Below are positions 31,191 through 39,455 of a stretch of DNA of 64,000 bases, one piece after another. Origin of the DNA: an uncultured Methylococcaceae bacterium (lineage in GTDB: Bacteria; Pseudomonadota; Gammaproteobacteria; Methylococcales; UBA1147); NCBI GenBank assembly GCA_964619885.1, contig CAZUGA010000011.1, positions 38,441-102,440 on the forward strand. The letters are read 5' to 3'. Numbering within the stretch: the first letter of the stretch is position 1; each line of letters begins with the position of its first letter. The translations under genes were made by a program, and so were the position numbers. The notes under the pieces are model-generated. The model made no database searches and was not told where the DNA came from. It was given only the letters and a program-made list of their open reading frames with translations.

Positions 31191-31294
31191 TGTTAGTAAT
31201 ATTTGTCGTGATTTTTGTTACTTACTACAAAATAACTAACATTTGCGATCGTTGCAAGGAGATAAATAACAAAAAATATGGATTATGTTAGTAA
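31191..31294. promoter_or_regulatory. Four copies of TGTTA(G/C)T(A/T)A in the Fic upstream region (candidate operator array)
   Basis: TGTTAGTAA at 31191-31199 (+), TGTTACTTA at 31216-31224 (+), TGTTAGTTA at 31233-31241 (-) and TGTTAGTAA at 31286-31294 (+). All lie within 115 bp of the Fic start codon. Confidence 0.4.
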
Positions 31295-31501
31295 CTTGTC
31301 ATTGACTCACATGAGTGAAAGTTAACCGAAACAAATCTTGGGAAAAACAAATGACAGAAAAATCGTGTGGCGAAAAATACGTTCTAGCCCCAGAAGTTCA
31401 TGAAAAACAGGATTTGATCATTTCGTTTTTTGCCACAAACTTGCCACAAGCCAAAACGGGCTGAAAAAGAGAATGGTAGATTTCTGCGGATTATAGAAGG
31501 A

Positions 31502-32310
31502 GGGATTGTCAACTTATCAGCTCTGGGGTTTATCGTGGCATAATTGGAACATGAAAAAACAACCGAATTTCTATAATGGTTATCGTTACCCACGCGAGAT
31601 CATCAGCCATACGGTTTGGCTTTATCACCGATTCACATTAAGTTTTCGAGATATCGAAGACCTTTTGGCCGAACGCGGTATCATCGTCACCTATGAAACC
31701 GTGCGTCAATGGTGCCTTAAGTTTGGTTAGAACTACGCCAAGAAACTTCGAAAAAAACAAGGTAAACTCGACGATACGTGGTATGCGGATGAAGTGTTCC
31801 TCACGATTAATGGTCAGCGCCAGTATCTTTGGCGTGCGATTGATCAGGACGGCGACGTCGTCGATATTTTGGTTCAGAGTCGGCGTGACAAACGGGCCGC
31901 GCTACGGTTTTTCCGTAAGATTCTGAAACGCCAGGGCGCACCGCGAAAAATTGTCACCGATAAATTACGAAGCTATGGCGCTGCCCGGAAAGAAGTGGTG
32001 CCTTCGATCACGCACTGCCAAGATCGCTACGCTAAAAATCGAGCGGAAGGTTCGCATCAACATACCCGACAACAAGAACGACAGATGCGACGCTTTAAAT
32101 CGCCAGGACAGACGCAGCGATTTCTTGCTATTCACAGCCAAGTACACAATCTGTTTCGCGTTGGCCGTCATCTATTGAAAGCTTGTCATTATCGGACGTT
32201 CCGCATACACGCATTTGATACATGGCAAGCGGTGACTTGTGCCTGTTAATTTTAGGGGAGGTTCCGGATACGACTTTATTTGTCTTACTGCCGACAAGTT
32301 GACAACGCCC
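31502..32310 (+). mobile_element. IS6-family insertion sequence (copy A); transposase 31551..32249 interrupted by one in-frame TAG
   Basis: Terminal IRs GGGATTGTCAACTT / reverse complement GGGCGTTGTCAACTT. The transposase reads ...YPREIISHTVWLYHRFTLSFRDIEDLLAERGIIVTYETVRQWCLKFG*NYAKKLRKKQGKLDDTWYADEVFLTINGQRQYLWRAIDQDGDVVDILVQSRRDKRAA..., typical of the IS6/IS26 family. No 8-bp target duplication is seen. Confidence 0.8.
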
Positions 32311-32440
32311 TCAGTTGCCCTAGCGCTTGGGCAACGCCGGAAACATCGGCCATAATTTCCTCATCAACGGTTTTAATGTCTTCTGACATACCTGAGACAA
32401 TGTTTTCGATCACTTCACTCATCACACACGGCCTTTAATT

Positions 32441-32785
32441 TTAAATCTGAAGGCTGGAAACATGTATTCCGGCCGTGTCATCACCCACGGGAACATGTTT
32501 TTTTACGGTAATCTCAACATCCATATCAAGTGCGTGTAAACAGCGATATAAACGATCAAATGAAAACCCAGCCAAGCGGCCATTGGCGATTTGTGAAATT
32601 TCAGGTTGTGTCACGCCAAGCAGCTCTGCTGCTGGCTTTTGCTTCAATCCACGCCCTTTAATCAAGGTGTTAATTTGCCATGCCAGTTGGGCTTTTGCCA
32701 GCCGTTCTTCACCATTTTCCAGCCCTTCAAAAGGGTGCGCTGTGGTCACAAATTTATCTTCATTACTGTGTGTAGTGTTCGTCAT
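32441..32785 (-). CDS. higA: XRE-family HTH antitoxin (HigA-like)
   Basis: LKQKPAAELLGVTQPEISQIANGRLAGFSFDRL is a Cro/C1-type HTH. It lies downstream of and overlaps the toxin gene, which is the HigBA gene order. Confidence 0.8.
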   Translation of the reverse strand: MTNTTHSNEDKFVTTAHPFEGLENGEERLAKAQLAWQINTLIKGRGLKQKPAAELLGVTQPEISQIANGRLAGFSFDRLYRCLHALDMDVEITVKKHVPVGDDTAGIHVSSLQI

Positions 32786-33131
32786 GGTATTCCTTCGCTT
32801 TCGTTAAACGTTGCTCGATAAGTCGGATATCGCTTTTGGGTGTGGCGATGCCTTTTTTACTTTTCTTTTGAAAAGCATGGAGAATATAAACAACCTCCTG
32901 AAACTTCATGGTATAAACAGCCCTGTACGTATCGCTATCGTAATTGTCAGTAATTTCCAACACAGAAGCCCCTTTAAAACCTGTCAACGGCTTTACATTA
33001 TTTGCTTTGTTACCGCACTGCGCTAAATGCAGGGCATAACCCATGACATCCTGCACATCATCGGGGAAAGTTCTCCAATCCTCATGCGAAGACCCCACCC
33101 AGACAACAGGTTTTATTGGTTTTTCATCCAT
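32763..33131 (-). CDS. higB: HigB-like (phage Gp49/DUF891) RelE-superfamily toxin
   Basis: PVVWVGSSHEDWRTFPDDVQ...YRAVYTMKFQEVVYILHAFQKKSKKGIATPKSDI matches the Gp49-like toxin pattern. Confidence 0.8.
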   Translation of the reverse strand: MDEKPIKPVVWVGSSHEDWRTFPDDVQDVMGYALHLAQCGNKANNVKPLTGFKGASVLEITDNYDSDTYRAVYTMKFQEVVYILHAFQKKSKKGIATPKSDIRLIEQRLTKAKEYHDEHYTQ

Positions 33132-33136
33132 CCTTA

Positions 33137-33165
33137 TTTATATGAGTATTCATATAATCTGTCAA
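33137..33165 (-). promoter_or_regulatory. Predicted sigma70 promoter with an embedded operator palindrome for higBA
   Basis: The minus strand reads TTGACA-17 nt-TATAAA-taagg-ATG. The palindrome TATATGA-atac-TCATATA (33139..33156) spans the spacer and the -10 element. Confidence 0.45.
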
Positions 33166-33220
33166 GGAAAAACTTATCTTGACGAAAAGACGAAATGCTG
33201 AAAAACTGGACTATTCATGA

Positions 33221-33347
33221 CTTCGTCAACTTGATTAAATTGGATTAAAGATCTGGCAGGTTAGACCCCTCCCTGCTTTCAACAGGCACACGTCACCTTT
33301 TGCCAGGTATCAAATGAACGTGTGCGGAACGTCCGATAATGCTGTGC
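33221..33347 (-). mobile_element. IS6-family 3'-terminal fragment (copy D), inverted relative to copy C
   Basis: Its reverse complement is about 88% identical to 28134..28222. It encodes ..HYRTFRTRSFDTWQKVTCAC and ends CAAGTTGACGAAG. It abuts the left end of copy B. Confidence 0.6.
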
Positions 33348-34147
33348 GGGATTGTCAACTTATCAGTTCTGGGAATTATTGTGGCATAATCCGATCATCA
33401 AAACACAACCGAATTCCTACCACGGCTATCGTTATCCTGCCGAGATCATCAGTCATGCTGTTTGGCTTTACCAGCGTTTCACTTTGAGCTTTCGGGACAT
33501 CGACGACCTATTCGCCGAACGAGGCATCATCGTCAGCTACGAAACCGTTCGTCAATCGTGTCCGAAATTCAGTTTGAAGTAAACTAAGAAGCTTCGCAAG
33601 AAACAACATAGACTTGGGGATACGTGGTTTATGGATGAAGTATTCCTTACTATTAACAGTCAACGCCAGTATGTTCGGTGCGCGGTCGATCAAGGCCGCG
33701 ATGTTGTTGGTATCCTCGTTCAGAGCCGACGAAAAAACCGCCCTGCGTTTTTTTCGTAAGATGTTCAAACGTCAAGGCACCCCAAGAAAAATCGTGACGG
33801 ATAAATTACGTAGCTATGGAGCGGCCGGGAAAAAAGTCATGCCTTCGATCCTGCACTGCCAGGTCAATATACCAATAATCGCGCGGAAGGCTCACATCAG
33901 CATACAAGGCAGTAAGAACGACAAATACGAGGATTCAAATCGTCCGGATAAGCGAAGCGATTTCTCTCCGTACATAGCCAAGTCCACAATTTGTTTAACA
34001 TTAGTCGTCATCTATTGAGAGCGCGTCATTATCAGACGTTTTGCTCATGCGCGTTTGATACATGGCAAAAGGTTACGCGCGCCTGTTGATAGCGTAGGAG
34101 ATTAATCTACGACATTTTTAACTCAATTTCAGCAAGTTGACAATGCC
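33348..34147 (+). mobile_element. IS6-family element (copy B) with a multiply frameshifted transposase
   Basis: It has the same IRs as copy A (GGGATTGTCAACTT ... CAAGTTGACAATGCC). Transposase-like segments are spread over at least 3 frames (33352..33582, 33614..34018). Confidence 0.7.
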
Positions 34148-34187
34148 TTCTGGAGAGTTCTTCGGCCACTCTGTTGAAAATCGGTGA

Positions 34188-34736
34188 TCAATCGATCACA
34201 TTATGCCCTCGCTGTCTCATACAGTTACTATATGCACGTTTATACTGTTCATCCGCCTGGATACCCTGTTTAGCTCCGCCGCCAATTCCACCAATCGCCG
34301 CGCCGACCGCGGCTCCCTTACCAGCATCGCCGGCAATTGCCCCAACTGCAGCACCACCAGCTGCCCCAATCAGACCTCCGACTACGGCACCGGTAGCAGT
34401 TTCTTTGACGGTACCTCCTGATGAACGCAAGGCCGCTTCTCGACAGTCGGCCAAATCCTTATGATAGTCACCGGGTGACGAATCATAGATATTACATGCG
34501 GGTGGGTAACAGTTATGATTATGCGCAGGCTGATTATTATATTCAGAATTTGGAGGTGTGTTATGCGGGTAACGGGGTTGGTTGTGATTGTAGTACGGCT
34601 GATGAACATTGGAACGATGATAAGAATCGTTCTGTGATCGACCGGGATCCGTCGTTGGCGTCCAGTCCGAATGGGTCGCACAACCCGACAGCCAGACAAG
34701 GTTCAAAAAGCCTACCATTCTTAACGATTTTTTCAT
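34188..34736 (-). CDS. Glycine-zipper (YMGG-like) lipoprotein with a His/Asn/Pro/Tyr-rich linker
   Basis: Start MKKSLRMVGFLNLVWLSGC (lipobox). The C-terminus is GAVVGGLIGAAGGAAVGAIAGDAGKGAAVGAAIGGIGGGA followed by ...YSNCMRQRGHNV. Confidence 0.65.
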   Translation of the reverse strand: MKKSLRMVGFLNLVWLSGCATHSDWTPTTDPGRSQNDSYHRSNVHQPYYNHNQPRYPHNTPPNSEYNNQPAHNHNCYPPACNIYDSSPGDYHKDLADCREAALRSSGGTVKETATGAVVGGLIGAAGGAAVGAIAGDAGKGAAVGAAIGGIGGGAKQGIQADEQYKRAYSNCMRQRGHNVID

Positions 34737-34934
34737 GATCAAGACTCCGGTCAAAAAAGTAGAATTAATACTAAGTTCGTCGGAGTGATTGCGATATGAC
34801 TAATCTTTCCTCTGACCTAAAAGGTAAGAAAGCCAACATTTAACGCCCCCCATTTTTTAGTCACTCGGTAACCAGCAAATTTTTATGCCGAATGAGTTAG
34901 AAGCTTTTCCTTATTAAGCCCATGAATATTCAGT

Positions 34935-36215
34935 CTATTCAACAGAGAAAATTTCTAGTGCGCTCAAATTCTTATTAATAACCAATCCATGTAGAAGATG
35001 TCTTTTTAACCCCAAAATGTTTTTATCAATATGAAACATTTTTTCGACCGTATTTTGGCCTGCATCACCGAAACGTTTACTCAACTGTTTGTTTTCGAAC
35101 ACCTTTACGAGCTCTTTAGCTAATTTAAGCCCCGAATCGGGTTCGACCAATACGCCATTTTGTTGGTGCTCAATTATTTCCGATATCGCGGGCACCTTTG
35201 TGGCGACTACCGGAATCGCCATGGCCATGGCCTGCAACAATACAGTCGGAATATCAAGGTGCTTGCCACCACCAGCGGTTCGATACGGAAGAACAAATAT
35301 ATTCGTGCGTTGGAATACGGCTTTCAGTAATGCCGGACTAATGTTGCCCCTCAGGTGGACGAACCCTGTCAGATCATATTTTTTCAGAGAATGTTGCAAT
35401 AATTCCCGGTCGGGACCTGTTCCGACGATATCGCATCGAAAGCGATAACCCTCCGCTTTCAAGTGCGCGCAAGCCTTGATAAGGCAATCAAACCCCATTT
35501 TATTGGTCAATTTTCCAATACTCAGAATGGAAATTAGCCGGTGATCATCGGGTAATGCAGATTTGAGTAAATCGGATTCGAACCATTCTGCGTCCAAGCC
35601 TTGATAAACACGGTGTATCGGTATCCCGATCGTATTAAGCGATTGCAAATACTGCCGATCATACTCACAGGATGTTGTAATGAACTGAGGTTTTCGCAAA
35701 TTTCGTCTCGTCGTCAATTGTTGCAATAATAAGAAGTCCTCAGCACGAACCGATATGCTGAATCGAATGCTAGATAATTCACAGGCGATTTCCGCTACAT
35801 CCGCTGGTTCGCCACAACCGCATATATGCAAATGCTGCACTCCACTGCGCTTCAAATCTGCGCTCAAATACAGAGCATGGAACAAATCGCGGGTTCTACC
35901 AGGCACCTTGCGCAAAATTAAATATGTTGTTGTTTTTAAGTACCACCAGGGGTGCCGTATCATTCCCCAACTATGCGTGAACATCATTCGCCAACAGATT
36001 TTCCACGATAAAAAATCCGGCTCTCTTACTGGCACGGCTGCTTCATCAAAAACGGGCTGCATACTGCTCTCCATAGATTGCCGTAGATAAAAAACTGTCA
36101 CTGCAACGCCATTCCTATGCAAAGCCAAAATTTCTGTCTCTGCTGCTTCTTTAAGCTTCGCCGGGTAAGATTTCAGTAAATATCCGACCTTTACTTGGGG
36201 TGACAGTTTGTCCAT
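34935..36215 (-). CDS. GT4-family glycosyltransferase (WcaL-like)
   Basis: Start at MDKLS, with agaggaa RBS. The N-terminus VGYLLKSYP... is paralogous to the GT4 genes at 57383 and 58713. C-terminal ...P.V.T....I.E.I.....G.LV motif. Confidence 0.8.
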   Translation of the reverse strand: MDKLSPQVKVGYLLKSYPAKLKEAAETEILALHRNGVAVTVFYLRQSMESSMQPVFDEAAVPVREPDFLSWKICWRMMFTHSWGMIRHPWWYLKTTTYLILRKVPGRTRDLFHALYLSADLKRSGVQHLHICGCGEPADVAEIACELSSIRFSISVRAEDFLLLQQLTTRRNLRKPQFITTSCEYDRQYLQSLNTIGIPIHRVYQGLDAEWFESDLLKSALPDDHRLISILSIGKLTNKMGFDCLIKACAHLKAEGYRFRCDIVGTGPDRELLQHSLKKYDLTGFVHLRGNISPALLKAVFQRTNIFVLPYRTAGGGKHLDIPTVLLQAMAMAIPVVATKVPAISEIIEHQQNGVLVEPDSGLKLAKELVKVFENKQLSKRFGDAGQNTVEKMFHIDKNILGLKRHLLHGLVINKNLSALEIFSVE

Positions 36216-36677
36216 AGCACGTTCCTCTAATATAAAACTGTGGCCGCTATTGAGAGCACTTTTTCCACGTCGGTTCAACGATTACTGGTCAACGTCCGAG
36301 TCAGTGAAAGTGTCGCCAAAGATGGTCTGTTTGTGGGATTTTTTTCCACGTTATAGTTGATAGTACATGGGATAATTTCCCACGTCAAGCGTATTTATTC
36401 GTATTATTTAACTTTACGTTTTATAGTGTTTGCGACTCGATGGACCACAAAATATCAAGCTGGATCGACCACGTTATCAGAATGGGATAGAGGTTACGTT
36501 GCGTACAGTTACAACACCGACCGATCGACAGACGCACGGATGCACTCAGTCCTTATCTATGTTCCGCCGGGTATAGCTTTTGCCTGAAAATAGGCGATAG
36601 GGGATAGAATATTGAATTAGCGTTCTTCGTTCTCAACGGGCGTATCGAATATATCAATCAAGGTGATGTTTTTAATG

Positions 36678-38600
36678 TCAATATCCTGCTTTCATTTGAT
36701 TGATAGAACGGCTCTCAATATTGAACAAGAGTGTCTGTAGCTTAAGATCGTTCGGGTTGATACCAAGAGCCAAACGATAATGCTCGATGGCCTCTAGAGG
36801 TTTGTTCATTCTCTCGAGAGCGTTGCCAAGATTGACGTGGGCGTCTGCATGTTCTGGCTGTAGATGAATAACCGCCTGATACGCAACAACGGCCTGATCA
36901 AACCGACCGGCGCCGGCCAGAGAGATACCCAAATTATTCAATGCTTTTACGTAGTCGGGTTCTAAACTGATTGCCTGCTTATAGTGAGTAATCGCTAGTT
37001 CCAGATTGCCGCTTGTATAGGCGCCTAATCCAAGGATAAAATACAATTCGGCGTCTGGCCCGAGTATGGAGAACGAACGCTTCGCTAGCCGAGAAGCATC
37101 TTCAGCTTTACCTGCCCAGCTAAACACTTTGGCTAAATTTTTCAACCCCCGTCCTTGTGCGTTACGATCGAGCTTACGCATAATCGCGTGCGTTGTCTCT
37201 TCAAGCACTCCCTGGTTCCGCAGTGGTGAGATTTCAACGAGCCTCATCTCAACAAATTTCTTCATTAACGCAATCGCCAGAATTCGATGCGCTTTGATCA
37301 CTGGGTGCACATGATCATAGAAATACGCTTCACCCAAAATTTTGTGGCCGAATTGCCGATAAGAATCATTCTCCAAAACACCAATAAAATCGACCACGGG
37401 CACCTCATATTGCGCAGCAACTTCATTGATCATCGATGGCATCGACGAGACCGCTCGCAACGGACAAACATCCTCATCGACGGCCCGCTGGAATGCTTTT
37501 TTTGCATTGTCGAAATCCCCCAACGAGTAAAAAGTCTGGCCAAGATGATAATGAAGATCAGCATTCGTTGGGTCCATCGCTTCAGCCTGTCGTAGATAGT
37601 TTAGTGCTTCAAACCATGATCCGTCTCGTTTGGCTCGTTTGGCTTGACGAAATATTGCAGACCACTCTCGTCGCTGTTGACCGGTCAATCCGGTATCTTG
37701 CTCACTTTTGAACGGGGAATTATTCTTCAGATTCGACGCCGGGGTGACAAAAACGAGTTGCGTACCTGTCAACTCAGCGATTTCCGCCATGCGCTTCAAG
37801 TTGAAACGATAGTGTGCTAAAATATCGGCGCGCCATTCAGCATCCCGGTGATACGCGTCGGGACCAATGCTGTGATCGAGTAGCGCATCGACTTCGCTGG
37901 ACAGCTGAGGACGTCGCCCAATCCGATTCACTTCAGATCCAGTAGAATTGGAATAGTTGATTACGTTCTTAAGGCTTGTATACACTCGGGTTCTGTTTAA
38001 TAGATTATCCAACTCTGCAAGCCATGGTACCTGGCTCATAATGCCAGCGTAAGTTCGTGCCTCAAGAAATTCGTTGTGACCACTGTACACGATGAAAAGA
38101 TCCGGACTGTATTGAGTAATCTCCTCCATCAATCGCACAACCCGGTAGCTGGCATAACTGATTCCACCCGCGTTGATCACCTCCCACAAACGTGACGGGT
38201 AGAAAGCTGTGAGATAGGCTCTCAACCAGCCGCAGAAAGATGTTTGATCATCAAACGGCCGACCATAGGTGGTCGATCCACCCATACAAAATATTCTGAA
38301 TGTACCCGACGCTTTTTCCTTGGCAAAACGTTGGTCGTTAAAGTACCGGATTTTGTTTTCGGCAGTCGCAACGACCTTCTGACCACCTGCGATTTGTTTC
38401 TCGACGAATAGTGGGCTGTTAGAGGCAAATCCAACATACGGATCAAATTTGTAATAAATCGGTTCAACACCGAATAGAAAAAGAAACAGTTCTCCTACAA
38501 TAAAAAACAGGCTGGTTGTTAACAGACCGGTTGTTAACAGGCTGAACAATACTAATTTGGTTCGGCCAATTTTCAAGCATTTGTATTTTTCTAGTGCCAA
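36678..38600 (-). CDS. Membrane-anchored SGNH/GDSL-like hydrolase domain fused to C-terminal TPR repeats
   Basis: N-terminal TM. Block I-like FRIFCMGGSTTYG and block V-like YYDHVHP. The C-terminal half holds repeated TPR units (e.g. ADLHYHLGQTFYSLGDFDNAKKAFQRAV). Confidence 0.6.
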   Translation of the reverse strand: MALEKYKCLKIGRTKLVLFSLLTTGLLTTSLFFIVGELFLFLFGVEPIYYKFDPYVGFASNSPLFVEKQIAGGQKVVATAENKIRYFNDQRFAKEKASGTFRIFCMGGSTTYGRPFDDQTSFCGWLRAYLTAFYPSRLWEVINAGGISYASYRVVRLMEEITQYSPDLFIVYSGHNEFLEARTYAGIMSQVPWLAELDNLLNRTRVYTSLKNVINYSNSTGSEVNRIGRRPQLSSEVDALLDHSIGPDAYHRDAEWRADILAHYRFNLKRMAEIAELTGTQLVFVTPASNLKNNSPFKSEQDTGLTGQQRREWSAIFRQAKRAKRDGSWFEALNYLRQAEAMDPTNADLHYHLGQTFYSLGDFDNAKKAFQRAVDEDVCPLRAVSSMPSMINEVAAQYEVPVVDFIGVLENDSYRQFGHKILGEAYFYDHVHPVIKAHRILAIALMKKFVEMRLVEISPLRNQGVLEETTHAIMRKLDRNAQGRGLKNLAKVFSWAGKAEDASRLAKRSFSILGPDAELYFILGLGAYTSGNLELAITHYKQAISLEPDYVKALNNLGISLAGAGRFDQAVVAYQAVIHLQPEHADAHVNLGNALERMNKPLEAIEHYRLALGINPNDLKLQTLLFNIESRSINQMKAGY

Positions 38601-39412
38601 AACTCTTTCTGGTATCCCAATTGAAGCCCAATACCCATGTCAGGACTACCGGTGCTAAAACCAACCACACCATACAAATTGACCGAAAACTTGGATGCAT
38701 ACTTCCAGGTCGCGTAAGAAACAAACTCCCAGGAATCTTCAGCGAAATCGGTTGTCGCTTCGCGGTAATCGCCTATCACGCCTCCACTCCATTCATCATT
38801 GACCTTGTAACCTATCCCCAACGATGCGAAAAACGTATCGTTTATCTCGATACCTGCAGGATTACCGGTAAATCGATACCCAGTCGTTGCAAACGGCGAG
38901 AATTGTCCCATAGAGTGAAAGACGTCCAACTGAACCGTATAGTCGGCTTCACCGGTCCCCAAACCTTTATTTTCATCTGCCGTGGGAATTTTAACTTTGC
39001 CAGTCAACTCAAATGACGGTAGATCATCCAAAAACCAAGTATAGGATCCGCTCAAAATGACATCGCCCAAGCCGGACTCTGTCGTGGTTACCAATTGTGT
39101 CGGAACACCGACAATCGGACCGTCAGGACCACCCCCGATCACGCCACCTGCGCCTGTTATTCGGATATACGGGATGGTTAATTTCATCGTCCACGCATCG
39201 TAGTTATATTTTATTGTGTTGGGTACATACCATATTTCTGTGTTTGTCGGCTGTCCATAGTTGCCCGAGCTGTAATCAAAACCTGTCGTAAACTTCAGGC
39301 TACCCAAGTATTGCTCGGGCTGGTTTCCGTCGTTCGGGTTTACTTCAGCCAGCGCGGCATGCGCTGGAAAAATCGTACCGACCAACAAAAAAATATGTAT
39401 AGACTTTGGCAT
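38591..39412 (-). CDS. Outer-membrane beta-barrel protein (MetA-pathway/phenol-degradation-like 'transporter' family)
   Basis: Signal peptide. FTTGFDYSSGNYG..., GLGDVILSGSY and KIPTADENKGLGTGEADY blocks, with an aromatic C-terminus (W-H). Confidence 0.62.
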   Translation of the reverse strand: MPKSIHIFLLVGTIFPAHAALAEVNPNDGNQPEQYLGSLKFTTGFDYSSGNYGQPTNTEIWYVPNTIKYNYDAWTMKLTIPYIRITGAGGVIGGGPDGPIVGVPTQLVTTTESGLGDVILSGSYTWFLDDLPSFELTGKVKIPTADENKGLGTGEADYTVQLDVFHSMGQFSPFATTGYRFTGNPAGIEINDTFFASLGIGYKVNDEWSGGVIGDYREATTDFAEDSWEFVSYATWKYASKFSVNLYGVVGFSTGSPDMGIGLQLGYQKEFWH

Positions 39413-39455
39413 ATTACACACCCTTTTTTTGTATTAGGAAATATGGCTAGTTCTG

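Noticed and set aside
33167-33218. Integron attC site next to the TA cassettes
   Set aside because: The shared 45-bp block shows no R''/L''-L'/R' (RYYYAAC...GTTRRRY) architecture, and no intI gene is in the window.
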